From the NCBI GenBank assembly GCA_002633005.1, contig NMRA01000741.1:62001-126000 (forward strand): DNA of 64,000 bases, written 5' to 3'. The translations under genes and the position numbers were made by a program. The notes below the pieces were generated by a model, which saw only the letters and a program-made list of their open reading frames with translations, had not been told where the DNA came from and ran no database searches. Source of the stretch: Phoronis australis. Taxonomy: Eukaryota > Animalia > Phoronida. Below, piece by piece: positions 39,501 through 49,900 of the stretch; within the stretch, counting starts at the first letter, position 1, and each line of letters begins with the position of its first letter.

Positions 39501-41515
39501 AACCCTCAATCCGAAGTTAGTGCATCAGATCTGAGCATCGTGTGTTATCATTTTGGCGGCAGGTCGCTGAAGAGTGTGATGTGTGCCATTGTCCTCAGTT
39601 TGTAACCAAGGAGTAATAAACCCTGGCCATTTTATATTGGCCAAAATTAAGTTATTTTCAAACAACAATTTCAGTGGTTACAACATTACTGAAACGACAA
39701 TTTACCATTGTCGTTTCAGTAATGTGAGTGTTACCTTGGGACATTCCATCTCGCTTATTGCTGATGTCACAAAGTCATGAAGTGAAACAGCTTAACACTT
39801 TTTATTTCTTATCGTTACGGTTTAGCGGAAATGGAACTCGGTTCATTCTTATTTGATCCTGTTTTGAAGTTGACCATTTTGTCCCACTGACGTAGCACTC
39901 AACAAAGCTTTAACTGCAAGTTTGTATACATTGGCTTTTCAAGCCTACCAATTTTGACTGAAGCTTATTGAATTTATTTTTGAATAGTAAGTATAGTAAA
40001 GCCTGTGATTATAAGACACTTTCCTACATCTGTGAGGAATAGTTTATTCCCGAATATGAGGCTTTAGGTACAACCATCTCAGCTCAGTTACTAATCAGGG
40101 ATTCCAGCTGGTACCATTTATGCAGACTGGTCTCGATATAAGATTTTTTAGATAGACTACTGACTGCACGTATTTAGATAGACCTACTGACTGCATGCAT
40201 GTATTTAGGCCCATGCACGTACATGTGAAACTGCCCTATATCCAGAGTGACAGTCATGTGCCTACATGTACTTATGACCAAAAAAACGCCATTCGCCGCT
40301 CCCATACCTATTAAATTTTCTTGAAAAAACCTGCTTTTTCTGATAAATGTATGAGCCTGGGTTCAAAGGTCTGCAGGTACAATGGATGTGCTTTCTTTCT
40401 GACCGCCATATCACATGACTGTTGAGTTTAAGAAGTACTGATAATCTTGTGTCCTATTTGTTTCAGGCCACAGTCCTTGCTACACGGTATGAACAGATTC
40501 TTGGAACTACTGTCTATTACCTTCAGAAGGGATCCAAACAATTTCAGACCGAGGATAAACAAAATGAATTCAGTAAAGGTGAGAAGTCAATAGGCAGAGC
40601 ATTAATTATTGACTGTTGTAATATTTTGCGTTTCAGATGAAGGTTGTTTTAGGTCTTAGTTTGTTTATGGGAAGTGATCAGTTACAAGCAGATGAAGGTT
40701 GTTTTAGGTCTTAGTTTGTTTATGGGAAGTGATCAGTTACAAGCAGATGAAGGTTGTTTTAGGTCTTAGTTTGTTTATGGGAAGTGATCAGTTACAAGCA
40801 GATGAAGGTTGTTTTAGGTCTTAGTTTGTTCATGGGAAGTGATCAGTTACAAGCAGATGAAGGTTGTTTTAGGTCTTAGTTTGTTTATGGGAAGTGATCA
40901 GTTACAAGCCAGGTGAATAATGCAGTTATCATAACATTTGTGCTTTCAGTGTTGGGTCGTGTTAGCAGCTTAACTTTATATCATTCAAAATGTTTCTGTT
41001 ATTTTGAAACCAGTGTATTTAGAGTCATTGTTAAGGCTTCTTGGTAACAATGGAAATCTCCGTGCCGCAAAGCAGAATTTCCTTTTCGTGTCAAGTTTTA
41101 AAAAACGACCTTCCAAACTCGTGTTACATCAGTTTTGTCTCATGATGCTTGGAATGTGGCATATTGACGTGTTGACCTGAAAGTGAAGGGAAACATTGCG
41201 ACTTTGATTTTGTGCCCATATCATCAGTGGGAGGGAAATGTGAAGGGTTGTGGTAACCACAATATTTTATTGTAGGTGTATTTTTGGTAACGGTGAACTG
41301 AGCAGTTTCTTCTGGAAATTCTCACCCAGGTCAAAATGAATAACTCCCTTGTACTCATTATGAGAAGGTAGTTTCGGCAAGAACTGTTTTAAAAGGTATT
41401 TTCACATTCCATGGTGTTTTAAGGATGGGTAGTTAGTCACTGGCTTAAATTTCTATTTCAGGATTCTGATCAGAAAAGAAGTGGGAACTATTTCTTCCTG
41501 GAAGAAACAAAATAA
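27512..41515 (+). CDS. ABCE1: ATP-binding cassette sub-family E member 1 (Rli1, ribosome recycling), 603 aa; exons 27512-27614, 28701-28786, 30359-30574, 31386-31523, 33511-33580, 34208-34304, 34877-35088, 36012-36161, 36749-36886, 37501-37670, 38593-38735, 39219-39341, 40467-40578, 41462-41515
   Basis: 14 GT-AG exons total 1812 nt with consistent phases. Motifs: Fe-[16 protein letters not shown] and [12 protein letters not shown]; Walker A GTNGIGKS and GENGTGKT; LSGGELQR twice; Walker [12 protein letters not shown] and [11 protein letters not shown]; C-terminus [23 protein letters not shown]. Confidence 0.98.
29780..30160. mobile_element. MITE with ~80-100-bp TIRs in ABCE1 intron 2
   Basis: atcttaaaaatcggcag...gtgtaggtggcgctgcatgaagtact (from 29808) pairs with agtgcttcatacagcgccacctacac...ctgccgatttttaagat (to 30139). 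Weaker symmetry extends ~25 bp outward. Confidence 0.85.
31745..31864 (-). mobile_element. tRNA-derived SINE (same head as the 45201 element)
   Basis: The reverse complement starts ggaggtagcgtggcttagtgg (A box) and continues to gggttgagtccc (degenerate B box). Confidence 0.6.
32566..33360. mobile_element. 795-bp non-autonomous DNA transposon with 3-bp TSD (PIF/Harbinger- or Zator-like)
   Basis: TIRs gggctgttccagcaaaatctgtatgggagggggg / cccccctcccacacggattttactggaacagccc, flanked by cta at 32563-32565 and 33361-33363. Confidence 0.85.
33966..34190. mobile_element. MITE with ~45-bp imperfect TIRs just upstream of ABCE1 exon 6
   Basis: ctgggcctgaggtctaatttttgtactcgaaatcaagctcaaaatt versus the reverse complement of the right end, cagtgcctagggatctaaatctttatactcgaaattggaactcaaaatt. 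Confidence 0.7.
38150..38514. mobile_element. hAT-type MITE (CAxGGTTCCCA..GTGGGAACC) in ABCE1 intron 10
   Basis: Termini catggttccca / gtgggaacc, internal cttgaaa repeats, and cacacgt duplicated on both flanks (partial TSD). Confidence 0.7.
39042..39108 (+). ncRNA. Candidate C/D-box snoRNA, SNORD50-type guide (copy 1), ABCE1 intron 11
   Basis: Terminal stem caagcc/ggcttg, box C ATGATTA (39049-39055), box D ATGA (39099-39102). Guide atcccgaa-t is complementary to the conserved 28S segment UUCGGGAU. A paralog lies in the next intron. Confidence 0.65.
39997..40066 (+). ncRNA. Candidate C/D-box snoRNA, SNORD50-type guide (copy 2), ABCE1 intron 12
   Basis: Terminal stem taaagcc/ggcttta, box C GTGATTA (40005-40011), C'-like GTGAGGA, box D ATGA (40056-40059), guide ttattcccgaa-t. 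Only stems, boxes, aatagttt and the guide are shared with copy 1. Confidence 0.65.
40634..40908 (+). repeat. 55-bp minisatellite, 5 near-identical copies, in ABCE1 last intron
   Basis: Unit cagatgaaggttgttttaggtcttagtttgtttatgggaagtgatcagttacaag at 40634, 40689, 40744, 40799 and 40854, with one substitution. Confidence 0.97.
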
Positions 41516-43223
41516 GAGGTGGCGCTAGCTTGTCTCAATGAGTAGCCAAGGATGGAATCATCTCGCATGGCTAATTTGGTACACCCTGGTGTAGAGGGTG
41601 GTTTGAATGTCGACTCCGAATATTTAATATAAAATAATTTGTCAAGTTGCGTGGTCTTCTATTTGTACTGATATTGACAGCGTATACAAACAAAAGCCAC
41701 TCATAGTGTGCATTTGGAATTTCAATTTGTCTTAAAACAAAAGCAATATCTGCTCTGTTTACTGCATGAATGGTTCACTAAAATGTGGTTTGCACTCATT
41801 ATGGAAAACCTGCATTATGACCAGCATGGAAAATAAATATTGGTAAAAATTACTGGACATTTTCAAAGGATAAATAAAACACATTGTGATTTCGTGCTTT
41901 CAGTTGAGCTTTACAGCAGTCAAATACTCTTGAATGAAAACTAAATGATTAAGTGATGAGCAGGAACTATATAAAATTAAATGCTAAAATTAAATGCTTC
42001 TGATTGCACGTTGATAAAATTGTAATGCGTTACATCAAGATTCGATGCAGATGTTGAATTTATTTTATTGAACGCATTGAAGTTCGTAATTACATCATAC
42101 TGGTTCACACCTTGATGCATCAAGGTTTTTCATTCAACAATTCATCTTGATATTTTAAATCAGATTATCTCTTCATGTGCAAAATCTATCAAATAACTTA
42201 TCTCTTACACCAACATTACCATTTCCATCACTTAAATTTGGCAAATTTGCATAGCAGTTTCAAACATAATGCTAGCTAGCATACAAACAATAAAGTGAAA
42301 CGGAGATAAATACAGAAAAATGATGCAAAGATAGTTTTATCTATTAAAATAGCCAACTAGAACGAATTGCTTAAAGTATAAAATGACACAAATCTGTCCT
42401 GTGCACACTCGCTCCGAACATTCATCACAAACAAAATCTCGCTCTTAGTGTTGCCAGTAATACATGCATCTTAAAACCGTGTGGAAATTAATACATGTCA
42501 CATTGTGACCAATAGGTGGCTTGTAGACCAGACTTAAATGTTTGTCTCCAATGTTGACATTTTTAATTGCACGGCTAATCATTATGCTTGGGAAAATACA
42601 GGGGATGGAATTTTTCTCTTGGTTTCAATTTCCTCATTTAGTTTCCTCATTTTTCGTTTTTTTTTATCATTCTTTTGACTTAATCCATGCAAAAAGGGTT
42701 TATTTCAGTTAAATTTTACTACACAAAATATTTCTATCACACAAGCCTATTGCGGAACAATACATCCCCTGGAAATGTTTCCTCTTATGTCATTGGTTAT
42801 TCCAAGCCCTGGCAATATCGCATGTTGGTGAATTGTATCATACTCGTTTCCACTACACAATTGAGCACAGCTGCAGCTATTTTAGTTACAGAATGATCAT
42901 CTAGTTTTCCCAAATTCTGTTGAACACAAGCATTCAACCATTTACATGGTTGCATACTGACCTCCACAAATTCAGACAGTTTTACGTCCAACGTTCAACA
43001 AAAATGGCAGTTAATAAGGTGCTGATCCATGTGGATTTTATCAAAACTGAACCAAAAAAATCGAAATTTGAATGAACTGAAGCCAGTTTGTCTTGTACTG
43101 AACTACAGATAGTGAAATCGTGGCTTGTCATCTGGAACAACATAACCACTAGTGGAAGTTTTGCTAAACCTTCCTGACATTTTCTGCCATAAACTGAACT
43201 GTGTTTCGTACACTTGAAATGTA

Positions 43224-43499
43224 CAGTATTCACCAGAGGCTGGGTTATTTGAGACTTGGAAGACACATGTTGTAAGAAAGGAAATAAACAACAATTTCAG
43301 TTCTTGGTAATCTTCACGTAATTTTCCTTGGAGAGAGTACCAACAGGTTAGCTTCATTTTCCCTATTTATGATATGTTCTGTGCTATTGTAAATATTTCT
43401 GGAATGTTTTCATGGACTCCAAGAAATTGAAATCAAACCGAAAAGTTTTGTAGGGTGGACCTCTGGACCCCAGTGTTTAAAAGTGTAGGGCGAACACTG
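43224..43499. mobile_element. Probable hAT-type MITE in the CCDC22 3' UTR region
   Basis: Termini cagtattcacc / ggcgaacactg (reverse complement cagtgttcgcc). No TSD. Confidence 0.4.
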
Positions 43500-43962
43500 C
43501 ACATCATAATATTTAAAGTTTTGGAAGTGTTCTTTTTTACTTGTTTCCAGAAGCGAGTACAGTCACGCTTGCAAAGGAAAAAGCTAGAGAAATAAGTTAA
43601 CATACTTTTCTTTTAATACATGACAATCTCCCATAAAGACTTGCTTGCTGAATGTATGTCTGGTAAAATAAAAAGCATATGTCTGACAAGCGACTTTTTT
43701 TACAGTCAGACATTTGCGAGATATCTGCAATGGAAGTAAGCATTCTAAGAAGAATTAAACCAATCAGTGAAACCAGAGAATGTGCTGCAGTATTTCCAAT
43801 TAATATGTGGCGGAGAGGAAAGATATGTCCCACAGACCTCCAGCTGTAACAGGGTCAATGGTTTTGATGATTTCCAATCTTACATGGTTTATTACAAGCC
43901 CTGATATGGTACTAAATGAAAAACAGATTTGCTTAACAATGGAAGACAAACGTAGTTCACAC

Positions 43963-46900
43963 TCATTTCGCCTTGAGTTTTGCCATAAGAGAGGCGTTCT
44001 CTTTCTTCATCTGTTGGTAATCTGCACTGATCTTTTCTAGGTTGGCCTGAACCTTTGAGTCACTTTCGTTGTCAATCTGAAACATACAAAAAAGAATTGT
44101 CAAACATATATTCAGGGGCATACTTTCACAAATTCCTGAAACAAACCCTTTCACAAATGTAACGGGTTTACCTTATGGATGAATTCTTTGCCTATCTTAA
44201 GTGACCGGCAGTCATGTCATTGTGAAATATACAGGAAATTCAACGGGTCCGCACTGCAAAGTGTTTTTTAAACATTTACAAGTGTAATTTAAAGTTTTTG
44301 AGTATAGATACTAGTAACGTAAATGTCAGCAAAGATAAGCATTTTCACAAAAAAGTCCTATTCATCCACAATTTTTCTTTCTTATCGGCCAGTGGTTTAA
44401 CAACAACTTGTTATTTAGTCAGAGGAGTTAATCTCTTCAAAAGGCAAGATTCAAATATGCATGTGCTGTTAAAGTTACACTACTAGTCGTTGGCTTTGAA
44501 TTTAGTCATGTTGCGGTGTGGGATAATGATGTTTCTTCAGCGTTGTGTTACACTTGGCCTACTTGTGGATAAGGCTTCCTGCACAAGGGCAAATGTGAAT
44601 TGGGTATTAAATGAAACAAAGAAATAATGAGGCTAAAAGATGTGCTTTGTTTTATAACCAAAAGAAATAAATACTAACTTACAAAATGCATGATATAGTT
44701 AATAAATAATACAAAGATCAGAAGCTACAGGTTCAAGGATCCAGTGACACTCTGGATGTAGCACATCCACTACTTAAACACATGCACTACTTAAACACAT
44801 GCACTACTTAAACACATGNNNNNNNNNNNNNNNNNNNNNNNNNNNNNNNNNNNNNNNNNNNNNNNNNNNNNNNNNNNNNNNNNNNNNNNNNNNNNNNNNN
44901 NNNNNNNNNNNNNNNNNNNNNNNNNNNNNNNNNNNNNNNNNNNNNNNNNNNNNNNNNCACTACTTAAACACATGCACTACTTAAACACATGCACTACTTA
45001 AACACATGCACTACTTAAACACATGCACTACTTAAACACATGCACTATTTAAACACATGTACTACTTAAACACATCCACTACTTAAACACATGCACTACT
45101 TAAACACATCCACATTAAAAGGGTAAAAATGGATGAGTTCACGTAAAAAGGGGTAAAAAGTGGACTAATACAAAATACAGCAGAATATGCGAGTAAGACT
45201 GAGGAGACGGCGTGGCTTAGTGGTTTGAGCTCTGTACTCCTGTTTGGGAGATCTGGATTCAGATCCTGGCTTCACTAGCTGACAACGGAGCATTACACAA
45301 TTGTGTCTCCTCTAAGCTCGGTCTTACTAGTGAATATATGCAAGGGAGTGAATGAGAACCCGAATATAATGCGACAGCGATTTCTGGGGCTGTGCTCATA
45401 TATATGCAAGTAAGACTCATAAAATTTCAAAGTCGAAACTACTCCCTTATACAATAGATAGTACAGCCATCAAACTTAATTTTTGGCATTCATTAGACAC
45501 ACAAACAATGAAAACCATGTGATTGCCCTGTTTATCTTACCTGGTCCTCTAAGTCCCTGATTTCCCTCATAATGACACCAGTCTCTTCCACAGTCCTGAT
45601 CAGCAGGTTACAGTTCTCATGAAGTGCTGCCAAGTACTTGTATGCCTTGCGAACAGATTCGTCTTTCTTGGCATCCTAACAAAAACCAGATTGGCTTGAC
45701 ATGAAGGCAATTTAAGTATTACCATTCACTTGAAATTTGAAATATTGGCTTGTGCATAAAATAGGGAGTTTGTGTACAGCTTTCTCCCATAATTTGACAT
45801 CTCTGCGTGGCTGTCTCCTTACAGAGGTGGCCATTGTGTTAGTGTACACCAGTAAGGCCACAGGTTTACCAGTGAAACACTAGCAAAATCTTGCAGAACA
45901 TCAGTGTGATCTTGACAAACTGACAAGGTACTAGTCTTGGACAACTTAAGACCCTCTCGCACTAAACTCGTTCTCAGAATATCCGAGTCCATCTTAAAAT
46001 CATGATGCAAGAGACTGAGGATGGGCAGAGAAGGGGACATTAGGGCAAAAACATGTACTGAATGTGACACCGTCCACAAAGACCTCAGTCAGAGTGTAAC
46101 AAGTGTTTCCAAATATTAATGGGTTCCAACTCAGTATTAGTCTGTTGTGTCAAAATTCTAGAGAACATGGCAACAACAATCTTGGTGTGATAGGGCCTTT
46201 AGCATAAGTAATAAGTCTTGAAGCAGGCGATGGAGTACCGATAAGCCTGTCGAGGTTGTAACAACCTCTAAGCCCCCTACGCCCAAAGGAGCAGGCTAAC
46301 CGCGGTGGGTCAGTTCCCTAATGGCAAGGGGCTGCCAGGCTTAAGGCGGGCGGCAACTGACCAATAAGGGTTAAAGAACCCCTCCCACCGTCATGCGTGG
46401 CCCCTGACGCCCACCCGACGCCGATGAGGGGATTAATGCACCAGCATATCCCCAATGATCCTGTCCGTGACAGGTATTACAGGTATTACAGGGCCTTTAG
46501 CTATCCATGTCTTGATAACTCTAAAATAAAGTCATACACACTTTGTCAGTTAACCACAGCTTCCCAGTCTTGCTATAGCTGATGCTATATATCTTCAGGA
46601 CTTTACCTTGAATATCAGTTCATCAGTTACTGTAAATGTGCGATCCAGTTTCCCTGTGAGCTGGTTTATTTCCTTCTGAACGGCCCGTGTGTCGATTAAA
46701 ATCTGTTGAAAACAAATCAGTAGCATCACACTCTTCACTGTGCTATCTAGGTGCGCAATGCTGATAGACACATTTTGAGCAAGGAAATATATTAGGTCTA
46801 CTCTTGGTCAAACAACCAAAAGTTACAATTGTAAAAACCCCAGTGGAAGAGTACCTTACTGATAACATCTTGGCTGAAGGTAAATTTTGTTGGCCAATAT

Positions 46901-49900
46901 ACCCCCACAAACAGGTACCTCAACTCTCCAGGGTACATCCCGAGTAAAACTAGGTCAATTTACTCTAGGACATTAGGCTCAACACAATTTACATATTATT
47001 AACAGGAATAAAAAGTAATAGGCTATCCAGAGGCTTAATAAGATTAAGCCTCTGGAAATGGACTTAAAAATTTCTTTCCCATATGATAGCATCGGATTCA
47101 GCATACAGTTGGAACAGAAAAAAGGCTGGTCACCCCAACAGCTTTTCTGATGCGTTTTTGTTTCCAAAAACTTTTCAATGCTCCTTGTGGCAACGGAAAT
47201 AAAGTGCTAACTGTTGTGTGTTACATTTAGTAATAGCTATATTACGATTTGCCAACATAAGGATATGAAACTATCCTTGTAAGGAAAATCTCATAACTGA
47301 CTTTGTCGGTATAGGTGGCCTAACTGCTTCCCTAAAATATCTTACAGTACATGCATTTCAATAAATTATTTCATCCAAGCAGTCAGTGTGAAAAATAAGT
47401 GGGGTTCCTTTACTGCCAGCTGAAACAAAATTCGTGACTATTTCCGACCACATTGGACCCTTCCTCAGAGATCACTGATTATCAACCATCTCAAGCATCT
47501 AGCAGAGTGGTCGAAAACATTTACTTGTTAATAAGTTACCTGTGTCTTGACTGTGATAAAATACACCATTGTTCTGTTTGAGTGAAATATTTAACTCGTA
47601 AATTAGCTGTCAGAACACAACAGTGTTAGCTGCTCACAATATCCGACAAAAATAATCAGACAAAATATGGTTTCTCATCACAATGGCTAACTCTGTTACC
47701 AACAAAAACAATTAGTGATAACTATTATGACGGCAAAATTTTATTTATTGAATGACTTTATCGCCACTTTCTTAACTTTACGCCTACATTCTGTCACGAG
47801 GGAAGGCTATTCTGATGAAGAGCTCAGCTTCTGTTCAGCTGTTTTGATGGGGAATCCCGACTCATTTTGTCTTAATACTTAAGAAATGTACTGCACCTTT
47901 CCAATGTCTTCTTTCTGTTTCTTAATATTGCCGACTATTTCCAGAATTCTGCGCGTATATGCTGAGCGGTTGACGTCTCGGGTCATACGATCGTATTCCG
48001 ACACCTAGATGGTACAGAAGATCATTATCCTCATTTTCAATAATAAAGCTGGATTATAGCAACTTCTGTTCGAATGATGTTCATGGCACTCAACAAATAT
48101 GAAAGTGCATGGTAATTTATTAATGACAAAAGTGCTGCAATAGTTTGCTTCAAAGATTCTACCAGACTTTTCTCAATATTTTGTTGACATTCATTAACTC
48201 AGATTAACATCAAAACTTTTTGCCTGCTCACATCATTGTCACCTCCACATGGAAATACGAGCCGTATCACGGACAAAGGATTAAGACAAATCCAAAATCC
48301 ATCATACAAAATAAGGATACTGAATAAACACGGTCTTGTTAAAATGTTCACTGTGGTCCAGGAGTGATTAACATAAAAATGAGACACCTAAACACACAGA
48401 CAGACAGACACACAGACAGACACTGGATTGGAGAATCTGATGTCATCACACAAGTTAAAGAATGTCTATTTATAGAACTCAATGTTTTCATTTCGGATAT
48501 AAAACTGCCAAAGCTTGTTTTTAATGCTAAATGTTGTGAGCAAGACTTCAAATGATGTAACAGTCATTAACATCTTTCAGTATGCAAAATTAAAGTCTGA
48601 GTTCTTTTAACATGTTTTCTGCAAGTGGAGGTAGCCTTTGACTCTCACCAACTGTTTATGAAGACTGTCTTTGGTCCGCGTCTCCTCAGCAACAGTCTTC
48701 ATCTTCTCCCTCAGGATTTTGATCTCCTCAACCTTCTTTTGAGCTAACGACTGAAGTGACAGAAAATGAACACAAAATGAATTTTAGTAGTGTTGGTCAC
48801 TAGCGACACCTACTTGCCAATAGGTTCATCACTGGATGGAGGGTATTCAGTAAGTGCTTTCTCAAGACAGATTCTGCTTGGCAACACAGTTAAGACTACA
48901 TGCCATTTATCATAATGATAACTTGAACTTGACACACTGTTGACTAAAAGTCTATATCTTAAATGGCTCAGTTTTGTTTCAAGCCTCCTCCATAGAATTG
49001 AGATGCCAAAATGTAATGCAATAAAGTAACCTGAAGATGTTTCATGATATTCCATTCCATACCTCCCTATTTTCAAGTAACTCCTTCAGCTCTCTATATT
49101 GCGCTATGAGAGGAGCACGGTGTTTCTCCCATTGGCTGGCTAAGTTGACAAGTTTCTGAGCACTGGCATCAACGACAGACTGCAAGAGAACAAGATCTGA
49201 ATGAAAGGCTGTCACCGCATACTAGACTGTCTCAAAAGATGAGCCTAACTTGAAAGCAGTGTATTTACTATTATACAAACAAAAATTATTCAAACACTAT
49301 GACCCAGAATTCCCTGTCATGGTGCGTGAAGCCAAATTCATGGGGGGAGTAGTCTCCCCTGATGACTGAGAATGAAGGAGAATTACCATGAAAGTTAGTA
49401 ACAAGCAGGGCTTGGAATGACCACTGACAAAAAAGAGGAAAATTTTCAAGGTGATATAAGTAGGCTTGTGTGATAGAAATATTTTTTGTGTTGTAAAATT
49501 CAAGTAAAATAAACATTTTTGCACGAATAAAGTCAAAACAATGATAAAAAGAGGCACAAAAAGAGGAAACTAGAAATCAAATAAGAGGAAATGGAAAATA
49601 AAAAAGATTAAGTCCTCTTAAAAGAGGAAGATTCCAAGGCCTGAAGATGGCTAAGCCACTCTGTAATTGCTGCCATTGTTGCTGCTAATAGAATTAGCTG
49701 CCACAACAGGGAAACAGTATTTGATCTGAATACTTTTGCCAACTGTACAAATAACAAATAATACTTACACGCCAAATCAACAGGTTAATGAGGTATCAAG
49801 TTTTAGTAGCCCGTTATATATAAGTGATCGATGTGCACTTTTGGTAGCAGAAATATAGCAATTTCAAAATGGGTCTGTCTTCTTAAAACAGCTTATATCT

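Noticed and set aside
40634-40908. CRISPR array
   Set aside because: Contiguous 55-bp units with no unique spacers.
41120-41210. C/D snoRNA in the last ABCE1 intron with guide cgtgttga against 18S
   Set aside because: No terminal stem, weak boxes, only 8-nt complementarity, and no methylation site known to me at the predicted position.
45203-45275. Functional tRNA genes (also 50570-50641 and 31795-31864)
   Set aside because: The B boxes and acceptor stems are degenerate and the heads continue into SINE bodies; one has a TSD.
47810-47850. Hammerhead core ctgatga
   Set aside because: No downstream GAAA or stems; it is part of the dispersed repeat also found at ~35790.
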